Shown here: positions 10,442-21,322 of the stretch, one piece after another
How positions within the stretch are numbered: position 1 is the first letter of the stretch
How the letters are laid out: each line of letters begins with the position of its first letter
NCBI GenBank assembly: GCA_963665775.2
Contig: CAXXTF010000002.1
Span: 448,001 to 512,000 of the forward strand
Direction of reading: 5' to 3'
Source: Dehalococcoidia bacterium
Lineage (GTDB): Bacteria; Chloroflexota; Dehalococcoidia; SM23-28-2; RBG-16-64-32
DNA: 64,000 nt
Translations under genes and position numbers: made by a program
Notes under the pieces: model-generated
Seen by the model: only the letters and a program-made list of their open reading frames with translations
Told to the model about the DNA's origin: nothing
Database searches by the model: none

Positions 10442-11101
10442 ATGAGCAGGGAGGGGATGATCATGGCTGCAAACACAACTCTTCCGGAAGAGGTCTTTCA
10501 CGACCTCTATCAGGCCTATTACCCTAGATTGTTCGCCTTCGTATACAGCCGCGTAGGCAATGCGGATACGGCTAAGGATCTGGCCGCTGAGGTTTTCGAG
10601 CGGGCGTATACAAAGGGCGACGAGGTGAGAAAGGCGGAAGCGTACGGCGCCTGGCTGTTCGCGATCGCCAAGAACATCATCACGAGCCACTACCGACGGC
10701 GACGGCGAGATGAAGACATGTTGGAGCGAATGAGGGACTCACTCCAACTGGTCGGCCGGCCCGAGAGCCCAGAAGACCATCTCCTTAAGAGTGAGTGGGC
10801 AAGCCACCTCATAGGTCGGGTCAGCCTGCTCACTTCCCGTGACCAGGAGCTACTCTCGCTCAAGTTCGATGCACAGCTCAAGAATGCCGAGATCGCCCGG
10901 GTCACGGGCATGTCAGAGGGGAATGTCCGCATCTCAGTCTTTCGCGCCGTGAGACGGCTTCGGGTGTACATCAAGAACGAGACTGAGGGGATGCTGCGCG
11001 TCCGTCCGGCCCAATCTCGACAGCGAGCGGGCGATCCAAGCGCCACCCCTCCAGGGAGACGAGCCGAGAGGATCAGGCTTGCCACAGACGTCTCGCCTTA
11101 A
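10442..11101 (+). CDS. ECF-family RNA polymerase sigma factor
   Basis: Region 2 (AKDLAAEVFERAY..AWLFAIAKN) and region 4 (EIARVTGMSEGNVRISVFRAVRRLR). Confidence 0.9.
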   Translation: MSREGMIMAANTTLPEEVFHDLYQAYYPRLFAFVYSRVGNADTAKDLAAEVFERAYTKGDEVRKAEAYGAWLFAIAKNIITSHYRRRRRDEDMLERMRDSLQLVGRPESPEDHLLKSEWASHLIGRVSLLTSRDQELLSLKFDAQLKNAEIARVTGMSEGNVRISVFRAVRRLRVYIKNETEGMLRVRPAQSRQRAGDPSATPPGRRAERIRLATDVSP

Positions 11102-11372
11102 GTAATCTGAGACGCCTACTTTCGCAACTGCTCGGCCAACACGTCCAGGATTCGCTCAAGGCCAGGGTCTGCCGGTCTAAATATGGATTGCGCTTCTGCA
11201 CCGGATGGCCAAGCGGCCCAGCGCTGGGGCATTGAGCAGAGTACAGAATGAGGTTCGGCTTCCTTCTTGATACGATGAAGTCATAGGGTCCCCGATATGC
11301 GGCCGTCTAGCACTGCTTACGATCCTTTGACGGGAGCACGTGATAAGCTCACTGGGCCCTGGGGGATATCGC

Positions 11373-11400
11373 TTGACACGCAATGAAATTGGAGTAGGAT
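11373..11400 (+). promoter_or_regulatory. Putative sigma70 promoter
   Basis: TTGACA-16 bp-TAGGAT upstream of the amidohydrolase gene. Confidence 0.45.
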
Positions 11401-11523
11401 AGTCTTATTCAACGCTGCCGTAAAATAGTTGCGGCGGCTAGATCGGAGAGGTGTGATGGGCCGCAGGGTTCATCGCTGGCCCAGGATCGTTTCCTAATCG
11501 TATCTGACGGGAGGAAATCTCAG

Positions 11524-12672
11524 ATGCTACAAGGGCAAGCCCACGCGAGACTGGATTACAACATCGTAGACTCAGACTCTCACGTTACTGAGCCGCCAAA
11601 CTGCTTTCAGAGCAGGGTGCCACAGAAGCTGAAGGAGCGCGCTCCCAAGGTGGTCAAACTGCCGAACGGCGGCGACGCATGGTCCTACGAAGATGGCAAG
11701 CATGTGCGGCCCATGTTCGTTACTACCAACGCCGGTGGCTTGATGGCCACCGATATCAACGCGGAGGCCGTCGTTAGCTACGACACGATCCGCCCCTCCC
11801 ATTTTGATTCGAAAGCGCGGGTCGAGGACATGGACCTGGACGGGATCGGTGCCGAGGTTATCTATCCTCTTGGCGCCGGCGCCTTCGGAGACGATCGGGA
11901 GCTTAACCTCGCCTGTATTCGGGCCTATAATGATTGGTTGGTTGAAGAGTTCTGCGGACCGTCCGGCAACAGAATTTTCGGTTTGGCCGTGGTGCCTAAT
12001 TCCGGAGTCGAGGATGCTATGGCGGAAGTGGAGCGGTGCATGAAGAAAGGCCACACGGGGATTAATCTCGGTCGGTGGCCCAATGGCTCGCAGATGCCGA
12101 GCCCGGAGGACGATAAGTTCTGGGCCATGGCCGAAGACATGAATCTACCCGTCTGCATCCACATCGGCGGAGGCTTCACGCCCGCACAGTCTACCTTCGA
12201 GGGCATGGGGCCCGATCAGATCGCACTCGGCACTATGGCCAAGTGCGGGGCCTCCACCATGCCAGTTATCGACAGTTTGTTGGGCCAGGCCATCGCCGAA
12301 CGCTTCCCGAAAATCAAGATACTGTTTACGGAGTGCAACATCGGCTGGATCCCGTGCTACCTGGAGCAGGCTGATGACCGCTGGCTGCACTATCGCTTCA
12401 TCACGGGCAAGTCCCATTTGAAAATGGCTCCCAGTGAGCAGTTCCGCCGGAACTTCTGGGCCACCTTCATGTGCGACCACATAGGTGTGGAGCTGCGCCA
12501 CTACGTCGGCGTTGACCGAATTATGTGGTCGACGGACTTCCCGCATGGCGGTAATGAATGGCCCAACAGCCGCAATCAGATCGACCGCCTGTTCAGAGAC
12601 GTGCCCGACGATGAGAGGAAGCTAATCCTGCACGATAATGCGTGCAATTTCTACAACCTAACGGGCGTATAG
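11524..12672 (+). CDS. Amidohydrolase family 2 (paralog of 3191-4399)
   Basis: DSDSHVTE, RAYNDWL, ECNIGWIP and WSTDFPH motifs. Confidence 0.9.
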   Translation: MLQGQAHARLDYNIVDSDSHVTEPPNCFQSRVPQKLKERAPKVVKLPNGGDAWSYEDGKHVRPMFVTTNAGGLMATDINAEAVVSYDTIRPSHFDSKARVEDMDLDGIGAEVIYPLGAGAFGDDRELNLACIRAYNDWLVEEFCGPSGNRIFGLAVVPNSGVEDAMAEVERCMKKGHTGINLGRWPNGSQMPSPEDDKFWAMAEDMNLPVCIHIGGGFTPAQSTFEGMGPDQIALGTMAKCGASTMPVIDSLLGQAIAERFPKIKILFTECNIGWIPCYLEQADDRWLHYRFITGKSHLKMAPSEQFRRNFWATFMCDHIGVELRHYVGVDRIMWSTDFPHGGNEWPNSRNQIDRLFRDVPDDERKLILHDNACNFYNLTGV

Positions 12673-13223
12673 CGGCGATACCTACACAGCTTAGCGACTG
12701 AACTAGGCTTGACACTCGGTGTTTGCCTATCCGGGTCCAAGTGGCCATCGCTACCTCTATTCCATGGGTCAGCAGCGCTAGGTCGCGAGTCGTGGGATCT
12801 TGCTGCTCTGGCACAGAGGCGCGGCCCACCTGAATTAAGAGAGGCCCTTCGAGCCTGGCCGGCGTCACGTAGGCACTATTGGAGTGGTCAGTCTAACGCG
12901 TAGCCCACCGTCGATTTGCCGCAGCTAGAGTGGGCTGTAGCGCATACGCACAACGTCTTCGGTGTGGTGAGCCTCGTACTGCTTCATGATCGCCTCGTGC
13001 TCAGGACGGCAGCCAGTGGATGATCGTGGGGTATTACCGAAATCGGCTTGTAAGGACGCCCGAGGGACGGAGGATCCAGCGCTTCAACCTGACCAACCTA
13101 TGGAATGAGGGCAATTATCGGCTGAGGGCCATGGCCGCACAACCTCCGGACAACGGGAGCTGAGAGGGTCAGGACTTAGCTTATTACTCGGGCCACCTTC
13201 TTCGCTAAGAGGAGGTCATCCAA

Positions 13224-14006
13224 ATGGTAGAACGACTTGAGGGCAAAGTCGCGATCGTGACCGGCGGCGCCTCGGGTATCGGTCAAGCCACGGCGTTGGC
13301 ATTCGCTCGTGAGGGAGCCAAATTAGTCGTGGCCGACGTGGATTCGGAGGGGGGCAAGGAGACAGTTAGCCTAATCAATGCGGCTGGTGGCGGCGCCGTA
13401 TTCGTCGAAAGCGACGTACGTAGCCCGGACCAGGTCGAAGCAATAGTGAGCAAAGCGGTTGAGACCTATGGCGGCTTGGATTACGCCTTCAACAACGCTG
13501 GGGTACTGGGGACGAGGGCTTCGACCACTGACTGCAGCACCGAGAACTGGGAGCATGTTGTCGGCGTCAACCTTACGGGAGTATGGCTTTGTATGAAGTA
13601 CGAAATTTCCGAAATGCTCCGTCGGGGCGGAGGTGCTATCGTTAATAACTCCTCCATAGAGGGATTGCGTGGGCTGCCAGGTTTCGGACCCTACGTCGCC
13701 AGCAAGCATGGGGTGATTGGGCTGACGAGGGCAGCGGCGCTGGAATTTGGCCCTCATGGGATTCGTATCAATGCCGTCTGCCCCGGCACGATACCTACGC
13801 CAATGAATCAGCCGCATATCCGAGAGCGCGAGGGAGCTGGCAGGGAAGGACCCAGAATAGCCATGGGGCGGACGGGTAGTACAGGGGAGGTAGCAGACGC
13901 TGTACTCTGGCTATGCTCCGGCGCCTCGTTTGTGACTGGCTCCTCTCTCGTAGTGGATGGTGGCGAGACGGCAGGCTGGTTAAGTCAGCCACCACGGCCT
14001 GGTTAG
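13224..14006 (+). CDS. Classical short-chain dehydrogenase/reductase
   Basis: TGGASGIG, NNAG and YVASKHG motifs; AGGAGG RBS. Confidence 0.93.
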   Translation: MVERLEGKVAIVTGGASGIGQATALAFAREGAKLVVADVDSEGGKETVSLINAAGGGAVFVESDVRSPDQVEAIVSKAVETYGGLDYAFNNAGVLGTRASTTDCSTENWEHVVGVNLTGVWLCMKYEISEMLRRGGGAIVNNSSIEGLRGLPGFGPYVASKHGVIGLTRAAALEFGPHGIRINAVCPGTIPTPMNQPHIREREGAGREGPRIAMGRTGSTGEVADAVLWLCSGASFVTGSSLVVDGGETAGWLSQPPRPG

Positions 14007-14037
14007 TTTCAGCGATAGCGAGGGGATGGCTCACCGT

Positions 14038-14404
14038 TCAGCCATAGCGTGCCGTCGCCTCGGTGTCACCCAGCGGGGAAGCCGCCGCTTCCGAGCTTGC
14101 CAGCACAGCAGCTGTTAACGCGTGGGCGGCGGATCTCTTCGTTCTGACGAGGGCCATCGCGGCCTGACGTGAACCCCTCCGCATAGGGAGCCGACATCGC
14201 TCCCAAGCGGCCGGCAACTTGGTTTCTGGCACTCGCCCGAGCACGCCGAGGAGGTTGCTGAGGCGCGGCGCCGAAGTCGGCCATGAGCGCCCCAGCGATC
14301 GCGGCCCCAGCCTTCCGGGACACGAAATCTATGACTCGCACGCCTTCGAAGACCTGCTGCTTTGATTGCCTTATGATGCTGCCTCTTTTGCCATCACGGC
14401 CCAA
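14038..14404 (-). pseudogene. Degraded family III CoA-transferase relic
   Basis: VFEGVRVIDF..AGALMADFGA is a CaiB N-terminus, after which similarity is lost. Lies directly after an intact paralog. Confidence 0.65.
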
Positions 14405-14406
14405 CC

Positions 14407-15603
14407 TTAGACAAGAACGCCACGACCCCTGAGCTCGGCGATCTGTTGCTGGCTGTAGCCGATCTCGGCCAGAACCTCATCGGTCTGCTCGCCCTTATCC
14501 GGCGCCGGCCTGGTGGCGACGAACGGGTCGCCTGCAACTTTGATGGCGTTGGCCACCATCTTTATCTTCCCCGCTTTGGGATGATCCTGCTCCACAATCA
14601 TCTCCCTGGATCGGAACAGCTCTGTGCTCTCCAGCTCTCCCAGGGCGTAAAAGGGCGCACCAGCGATGTTGTTCTCAAGGAAAATCTTGGTCCACTCCGC
14701 CTGCGTCTTGGTGCGGAAGAGCTTGATCAACTCCTCCCTTAGCTCCGCGTCGCCGACAGAGCTGTCCATCCGGCTTTCGCTCCAGTCGCCGCGGGTCGCC
14801 AGGTCCGGCCGCCCGACGACCTCACAGAAGTGCAGCCAGAAGTGCTGCTCGATGGCCTGAAGCAGCATGAAGCGGTCGTCCTTCGTCTTGTAGTAGCAGT
14901 ACTTTACTGACACGTCCTCTTCGGGATCTCCCCATCCCCGGCTCTCCTCGTTGAGCACAGACTCCAAGGACCGGTCCAGGGCCATGAGAGCCGCATCAGC
15001 ACAAGAAATGTCTAGATAAGCCCCCTCCCCCGTTGTCTGCGCTTGCAGCAGGGCTCCGAGAATGGCGCTAGCGGCCAACCAGGCCCCGGACGTGGAGCCG
15101 ATTGAGGGCATGGGACGGTGCTGGACATAGCTCCCGTCTTTGAGCTGATACGGCGGCGGAGTGCCGGTGACGGCGTGATAGGCGCCCCCATGGGTGGCCA
15201 GTTGGGCGAAGGGCCCCGTCTGCCCGAAGCCGGTGATGGAGCAGTAGACGATCTTCGGATTGGCGGCTCGCAGGGCCTCGTAGCCCAGCCCCAGCTTGGC
15301 AGAGGCGCCTGGCCGGGCGCTCTCCACGAAAACGTGAGACGATTTCGCCAGGGCGTAGACGACCGCTCTCCCCTCTTCGGTCCTGAAATCGATGCCGACG
15401 CTGCGCTTGCTACGATTGATGCAGGCGAATGAAAGGCGCACGCCGCCCCGGTCCTCAGGCCCGCCCATTCGGAAGTAATCCCCCACCTTTGGCTCCTCGA
15501 CCTTGATGACGTCGGCTCCCATGTCGGCCAGAATCATGGTAGTCAAGGGGCCGGGGATGAGCCTCGAGGCGTCTAGAACCTTGATCCCTTTCAGCAGTTT
15601 CAC
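14407..15603 (-). CDS. Family III CoA-transferase (CaiB/BaiF)
   Basis: LADMGADVIKVEEP, NRSKRSV, ESARPG and APDKGEQTDEVL motifs. Confidence 0.92.
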   Translation of the reverse strand: MKLLKGIKVLDASRLIPGPLTTMILADMGADVIKVEEPKVGDYFRMGGPEDRGGVRLSFACINRSKRSVGIDFRTEEGRAVVYALAKSSHVFVESARPGASAKLGLGYEALRAANPKIVYCSITGFGQTGPFAQLATHGGAYHAVTGTPPPYQLKDGSYVQHRPMPSIGSTSGAWLAASAILGALLQAQTTGEGAYLDISCADAALMALDRSLESVLNEESRGWGDPEEDVSVKYCYYKTKDDRFMLLQAIEQHFWLHFCEVVGRPDLATRGDWSESRMDSSVGDAELREELIKLFRTKTQAEWTKIFLENNIAGAPFYALGELESTELFRSREMIVEQDHPKAGKIKMVANAIKVAGDPFVATRPAPDKGEQTDEVLAEIGYSQQQIAELRGRGVLV

Positions 15604-15894
15604 GGTGACCTCCTTCTATAGGCTACGTCTAGTCGTGAGCGGGGGCACGCCGAACGGCTGGTACGACCTACCACCCGCCTGAGCTACCACAGGCTATGTT
15701 AGTGCAGCCATGACTGTGGGTCACCACTATGGCCGTGGCCGACAGTCGACATATGGAAGGGCTCACGACGAAGGTGGCCAGAGCGTAGTTGGTGCCGTGT
15801 GTCACAGAGCTGCGCTCCCTCGCCCGGGATTGGGTGCTACAATTAGTCGCACTGGTCTCCTGCCGCTGGGCAGGTTCGCTAGGAGGGCCATCGG

Positions 15895-16623
15895 GTGCGT
15901 GCCTCCATCAGCGCTGCGGACATCCCCCGACGCCTATTCTCGCCGGTCGCTTCCGACTATGTCAGTCGCGCCCAACTCCTCAGCTTCTTTCAGTATCGGC
16001 GCTGGCACCGAGCTCTGCTGTCGTCCCTCGAGCTTCCTGCGGGAGCGCGAGTGTTGGATGTGGCTAGCGGCACCGGTGCCCTCGCCTTCGATCTTCTGCG
16101 GCGTCCCGGGCTGGAGGTTGTCGCCGCTGATATCACGCGACCTATGCTCCTCCAGGCCCAGCTTCGATCTTCCCGAGACGGCGCCCGGCTGCACCTGGTC
16201 GAGTGTACGGCCGAGGCTGCCCCGTTCGCCGATTCCACCTTCGACGCCGTTGTCTTCGCTTACCTGCTCCGCTACGTGGCCGATCTCCCCCAAACACTGG
16301 CCGGCTTGGCCCGCCTTCTCCGTCCAGGCGGTGTCTTAGCGTCGTTGGACTTCGCCATACCGCAGGGCCTTGCCTATCCCCTGTGGCGAATGTATACCGA
16401 TCACCTTCTCCCGCGGGCGGGTTCGGTCTTCTCGCCTGCCTGGCGTCGCATCGGTTCCTTCTTGGGCCCTAGCATCCGCGACTTCTATGACAGCTGGCCG
16501 GAGGATCGTCTTCTCCGTGCCTGGCGCGACTCCGGTTTTCCAGATGTCCAGGCACGCCGCCTCTCTTTGGGCGGGGCGCTCATCATGTGGGGAACTCTGG
16601 GACCGACTGAGAAGGGCCCGTGA
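15895..16623 (+). CDS. UbiE/MenG-like SAM-dependent methyltransferase
   Basis: VLDVASGTG, FADSTFD and LLRPGG motifs. Confidence 0.8.
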   Translation: MRASISAADIPRRLFSPVASDYVSRAQLLSFFQYRRWHRALLSSLELPAGARVLDVASGTGALAFDLLRRPGLEVVAADITRPMLLQAQLRSSRDGARLHLVECTAEAAPFADSTFDAVVFAYLLRYVADLPQTLAGLARLLRPGGVLASLDFAIPQGLAYPLWRMYTDHLLPRAGSVFSPAWRRIGSFLGPSIRDFYDSWPEDRLLRAWRDSGFPDVQARRLSLGGALIMWGTLGPTEKGP

Positions 16624-17396
16624 AAATCCGGCTCCGAGCCCGCCATGCGCAGCCCGTGACGCCGGTCGCGACGGAGGTGCGTCCCTCCTTCTACGCGCTG
16701 CGGCACGGTAGCTGGCGCGACTATGTGACTCTACTTCACCCGCCCTACACTCTATGGCACTTGAGCTACGTAATGCTTGGCGTGGCCCTCTCGCCCACCA
16801 TCCGTTACGATCGTCTCGGTGCCACGGTCCTAGCGTTCTTCTTGGCGATGGGTATCGCAGCCCACGCCCTTGACGAACTTAACGGGCGTCCATTGGGGAC
16901 GCGCATACCGGGAACCGTCCTAAAGGCGCTCGCCGTCTTGGGATTCGGTGGAGCCGTGGCTCTGGGTCTGGCGGGCACGCTTCTCGCCTCGCCCTGGCTC
17001 CTGGCCTTCGTGATCTTTGGCCTGTTCATCGCCCCGGCATACAACCTGGAGTGGTTCCACGGCCGCTTTCACTCAGACTTCTGGTTCGCCCTTTCCTGGG
17101 GCAGCTTCCCCTTCCTCACCGCCTATTGGGCCAGCGCGGAGCGGCTGGAACCATCGGCCGCCTTCGGCGCCCTTGCCGTCTTCGCCTTGAGCCTGGCCCA
17201 GCGTACCTTGAGCCGAAGGGTCCGTACCCTGCGCCGCCGCGTGAGTCATGTGGAGGGACGCCTTACCTATGCGGACGGCACAGTTCGCGAGATCGACCGG
17301 ACCTGGGCGCTCGCGACCGATGAGCGGGCGCTACTGCTAATGGCGGCATCGGTGGTTGGCTTCAGCCTGGCAGTCCTGCTGGCGCGGGCCGTCTAG
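16620..17396 (+). CDS. Polytopic membrane protein, divergent UbiA/MenA-superfamily-like
   Basis: Multiple TM helices, LLHPPYT, AHALDELNGRPL and AYNLE. Translationally coupled (GTGA) to the methyltransferase. Confidence 0.55.
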   Translation: MKIRLRARHAQPVTPVATEVRPSFYALRHGSWRDYVTLLHPPYTLWHLSYVMLGVALSPTIRYDRLGATVLAFFLAMGIAAHALDELNGRPLGTRIPGTVLKALAVLGFGGAVALGLAGTLLASPWLLAFVIFGLFIAPAYNLEWFHGRFHSDFWFALSWGSFPFLTAYWASAERLEPSAAFGALAVFALSLAQRTLSRRVRTLRRRVSHVEGRLTYADGTVREIDRTWALATDERALLLMAASVVGFSLAVLLARAV

Positions 17397-17489
17397 CGGC
17401 TGGCGAGGATGCGCCCGCAGGGCACAGCATACGGGTCGTCTGGATGGCTCCCATTCTGAAGTCACTAGGTTGAAATGGGGAATTCCGGC

Positions 17490-17837
17490 CTATATGCCTT
17501 CCTCCGGCAGGCGGACCAGGCCAGTCCGCAGTGCCCGCAGGACGGCTTGGGTCCTGTCGTTGACCATCAGCTTAGAGAAGATGTTGCCGATACGATTCTT
17601 CACCGTCCTCACGCTGAGGACCAACTTGGATGCGATTTCCTTATTGCTCAGCCCTTCTGCCACCAGGCGAAGGACAGCCAATTCCCCGGGCGTGAGCTCC
17701 TCGTAAGGGATGCCTGATTGACGCGGCTCGAGATCCCCGGATATCCGGATCCAGCCTTCGCCGGGATCGCTCCCGGTAACTCTCAGCATCTCCCTGGTCT
17801 CGGCGTTGAAGTAGATCCCCGAACATTTCCTCTCCAT
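17490..17837 (-). CDS. LuxR-type HTH protein with a short non-receiver N-terminus
   Basis: LTPGELAVLRLVAEGLSNKEIASKLVLSVRTVKN; AGGAGG RBS. Confidence 0.85.
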   Translation of the reverse strand: MERKCSGIYFNAETREMLRVTGSDPGEGWIRISGDLEPRQSGIPYEELTPGELAVLRLVAEGLSNKEIASKLVLSVRTVKNRIGNIFSKLMVNDRTQAVLRALRTGLVRLPEEGI

Positions 17838-18200
17838 CCGCCTCCTCCTTCCCGGTGGATCTCCCTACTATATATACGTTGCGGGGGCCCCTCTGGCCTG
17901 CCGTGACGGCGAGAAGGCCGGCGGGCCGGGGTCAGGGACGGAGGAGGATATGCGGAAACCGCTACCGCTCAATATCGCTTGAACTATCCCGTGCTAGAAT
18001 CGGGCCGCGTCATTCATCCGCCGTACGGGACAGGGTCATTGCCTGCCGTATACCTACAACCATCAGCGGCACCTGGGTAATCCCATAGATGACGTGTGAG
18101 ATGGAGTGGTCCAGGGACTGTCGCGCCTGGTCCTCGTCGAGCTCCGTCTCCTCGTTGGGCCGTAGACCACGGCCTCCCTCAAAGACTGGCGGGTGATGCC

Positions 18201-19165
18201 TTAGGGCTTCAGGCGTTCCATGAGGCTGTCCTCATCAGAGAAGTCCCAGGGACGGTCATCAAGGCCCTCCGTCAGGTACCATCGATAGGCTTCTGCCATA
18301 CCGAGAGACATGGGCCTCGGGTGGAAGCCCAGCTGCTCTTGTGCCTTTCGCGTACTGAAGAAGGCGGTACGTCGCCATGGGTAGCGGATCGAGGATGGGG
18401 CGCCTCTGTCGTCCACCATATCGGGCGGCACGAAGACCACCTCAGGTTCTACTCCCACGATCTTCCCCAGGAGGTTCACATATCCCTTGAGGCTGACTGC
18501 CTCCGGTCCGGCCATGTTATAGGCCTGTCCTAGCGACGAGCCAGATTCGGATACAGATAAGAAGGCCTGCGCCAGGTCGCCTGCATGGACGAAGTGGAGG
18601 AAGTTAGAGCCATCTCCCGGAATCAGGATCGGGCGTTTTCGGCGGAGACGGGCAAAGAAGCTGAACTCGCTGCTCGGGCTCGAGTTGTGCGGTCCGTAGA
18701 CGATGCAGGGACGCAGGACGGTGTAGGGGAAGGCGCGAGCGCGCCAGCGTTCGGCCAGGTACTCCTCGCATGCGACCTTGTCGACGCCGTACTGGGAAGA
18801 CCTAGAAGGATCTCTGGATAGAGGTTGCGACTCCAGGATGGGAAGGCTGTCGGATCGCTCGTACACAGCGATCGTGGAACAGAAGACGTAACGACCAACC
18901 CGGCCCTCCAGTGCCTCTATCGCCGGAATAAGAGCCTCAGTCGTATAGGCGGAGATGTCGAAGGCAACGTCGAACTCCCGGTTCTTAAGCGCCCGTTTGA
19001 CGGCCCCCGCGTCGGCCCGGTCCGCCAAAAGCCGCTCCACCTCTTGGGGAAGCTCGGCGGGGGTTGGCCCCGGTTGAGGACTGTGACCTGATGGCCCTGC
19101 CTCAGGAGCTCGTGCACCAGATGGAGCCCGATGAATCGGGTGCCGCCGAAGACAAGTGTGCGCAT
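18201..19165 (-). CDS. NAD-dependent epimerase/dehydratase; apparent 1-nt frameshift near 19063
   Basis: GGTRFIG..VLNRG in one frame; the catalytic YGVDK domain in the adjacent frame. Confidence 0.85.
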
Positions 19166-19672
19166 GCTATCTCCTCCCTGGACTCCACCAGGTCAACTTT
19201 AAGTTACCGACACTGCATCCCGGGCAAGCGCGGATCGCAGTGGCTGACAGTGCCGACAAGAATGTTGCCCATGGCTAGTTCATTGTGCAACCCGGCGATG
19301 GGCCTGGCAAATCGTCTCCTTGGGAGCGCGGGCTCGCCACAGCCGTTGCGGAACTTTGCCCGGGAAGGAAGCTTCTTCTGACAGTTGGGGCAAGTCGTAG
19401 ATAGCGTGGTACCAAGTCTAGCGCTTGCCCAGGTTCGATGCCAGGGGTGTGCTGTGTCAGGACATGTGAGACAGGGAAGCGGTTATCAGGGTCTGGCCGC
19501 CGGCGGTCGAGGTAGTAGTCCAGTCCTCCTGAAATCAAGCGTAATCTCGTCGAGCCCGGTCGTCCACATAACTGGAACCGACAGGATCGTCGCACATGGA
19601 CCCACCCCTTGGAATCTGCGTCCATCCAGTCTACAGTTAGTCAATAGCTCGCCAAGAGATAGAGGAGGAGCC

Positions 19673-20719
19673 GTGAAACGCATTCAGGAGGGGATTTTTC
19701 AGATCGTCACCCCTTTCCTGGCGTACGCCCGACACGAGGCCTACGAGCAGCGGGAGGAGCTTGAAGCGCACCCCCGCGTTACCCGCGGCTTACCCTATGT
19801 CCTCCCCTATTTCATCGCCAGCAAGGGCGAGACTATGCTGGTGGATTGCGGCTGGAATACAGATGACGGCTACGCGGCTATTCGGGAGCAGCTGGGGGAG
19901 ATCGGCAGCGACATCTCGGAGATCCGGGATCTCGTGATCACCCATGCCCATCCGGACCACTGCGGCCTCGCCGGTCGCCTCAAGGCTGAGACGGGATGCA
20001 CGGTGTGGATGCACGAGCGAGAGGTCGGCTTTCTGGGCAGCCGACACAACTCTCCGGAGAATCTCCAGGAGGAGATGGACCGCTGGTTCACGCGGCACGG
20101 CGTGCCAGCGGGGGACCGGCCGGAGATAGAGCGCGGGCCGATGCCGATGCCGCACTTCGTGGCGCCAGTCGAGCCCGACCGCCCGGTCAAGGGCGGGGAG
20201 CGGCTGAGCGTGGGCGACTTCGTTTTCGAAGTTATCTGGACCCCGGGACACTCCCCCGGCCACGTCTGTCTGTACGAGCCGAATCACCGGCTCCTGCTGA
20301 GCGGCGACCATGTCTTGCCGGTAATCACCCCCAACGTGAGCCTGCACCCGCAGCAGCGGAACAACCTCCTTGGGGAGTATATCAGCAGCCTGGAGCGGGT
20401 AGCCGAGCTCAAGGTTGACCGCATGCTGCCCGCTCACGAGTGGGACATCGATTGGTTCCAGCGCCGGATACGGGAACTCAAGGATCATCACCAGACGCGC
20501 TTAGAGGCGATGCTAGCGGTGGTGGGATGGGATGGGGTGCTTACAGCCGCCGAAGTGGCCCGCCGTGTGCAGTGGACTACGGGCGGGTATGATAGCTTCT
20601 CCGCCTGGACGAAACGGGCCGCTATCGGCGAGACGTTGGCACATCTCCAGTATTTGGTGGAGCAGGGGCGCCTTGTGGAGGTCGAAGAGGAGGGGTTAGT
20701 CCGCTTTCGGGCCGCCTAG
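19673..20719 (+). CDS. Metallo-beta-lactamase-fold hydrolase with C-terminal winged helix
   Basis: THAHPDHCG, TPGHSPGH, SGDHVLP and LPAH motifs. GTG start after AGGAGG. Confidence 0.9.
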   Translation: MKRIQEGIFQIVTPFLAYARHEAYEQREELEAHPRVTRGLPYVLPYFIASKGETMLVDCGWNTDDGYAAIREQLGEIGSDISEIRDLVITHAHPDHCGLAGRLKAETGCTVWMHEREVGFLGSRHNSPENLQEEMDRWFTRHGVPAGDRPEIERGPMPMPHFVAPVEPDRPVKGGERLSVGDFVFEVIWTPGHSPGHVCLYEPNHRLLLSGDHVLPVITPNVSLHPQQRNNLLGEYISSLERVAELKVDRMLPAHEWDIDWFQRRIRELKDHHQTRLEAMLAVVGWDGVLTAAEVARRVQWTTGGYDSFSAWTKRAAIGETLAHLQYLVEQGRLVEVEEEGLVRFRAA

Positions 20720-20780
20720 GCAGGACGGCGGCAGGCCAGAGCCTCGGGGTTCTGACCCAACAGGGCTATGCTAGGCAGGT

Positions 20781-21293
20781 ATGATGAACAAACTACAGCA
20801 AGGCGATCGGTTCCCTGACCTTACTCTAAACCTCCTCGGCGGCGGCAACGTCCAAATTCCAAACGACATACCTGGCCGATACGCAGCGCTCCTCTTCTAC
20901 CGCGGTCACTGGTGAACGTACTGTATGCGGCAGTTAGCCGCGTGGGATGAAAAGAAAGCCGAACTGGAGGCTCTCGGCGTGACGATCTACGCGGTCAGCG
21001 TAGATACAGTCGAGCAGGCGCAAGAGGTTGCTGGTCGCGGTCTAACCTTTCCGGTCGCCTACGGTGCCACGAAGGAAGTAGCCGACCTCATCGGAGCGTG
21101 GTGGCAGGCGGAACGAGGCTTCATTCAGCCAGCGGAACTCCTGCTGGATGGCGATGGGATTGTCCTGGGGTCGATGTACGCGTCAGGGCCTGTGGGTAGA
21201 ATGGGGGCTGACGAAGCTGTGAGGCTGATCACGAGCCGCGAGCGTCGAAGAGCTGAGCAAGAGCAGGTCCTGTGGCCCGAGGACGTACGTTAG
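20781..21293 (+). CDS. Peroxiredoxin-like (AhpC/TSA) selenoprotein; Sec45 in a UxxC motif
   Basis: Continuous frame MMNKLQQGDRFPDLTL..LLFYRGHW-TGA-TYC-MRQL. The TGA at 20913-20915 sits at the first Cys of the family's FYRGxWCPxC motif. Confidence 0.88.
20925..20943 (+). promoter_or_regulatory. Putative bacterial SECIS hairpin
   Basis: ATGCGGC-AGTTA-GCCGCGT stem-loop. The loop starts 16 nt after the UGA and has G at loop position 2. Confidence 0.65.
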
Positions 21294-21322
21294 TCAGCCG
21301 TAGTGTGTGGTAGAAGGGGCAC

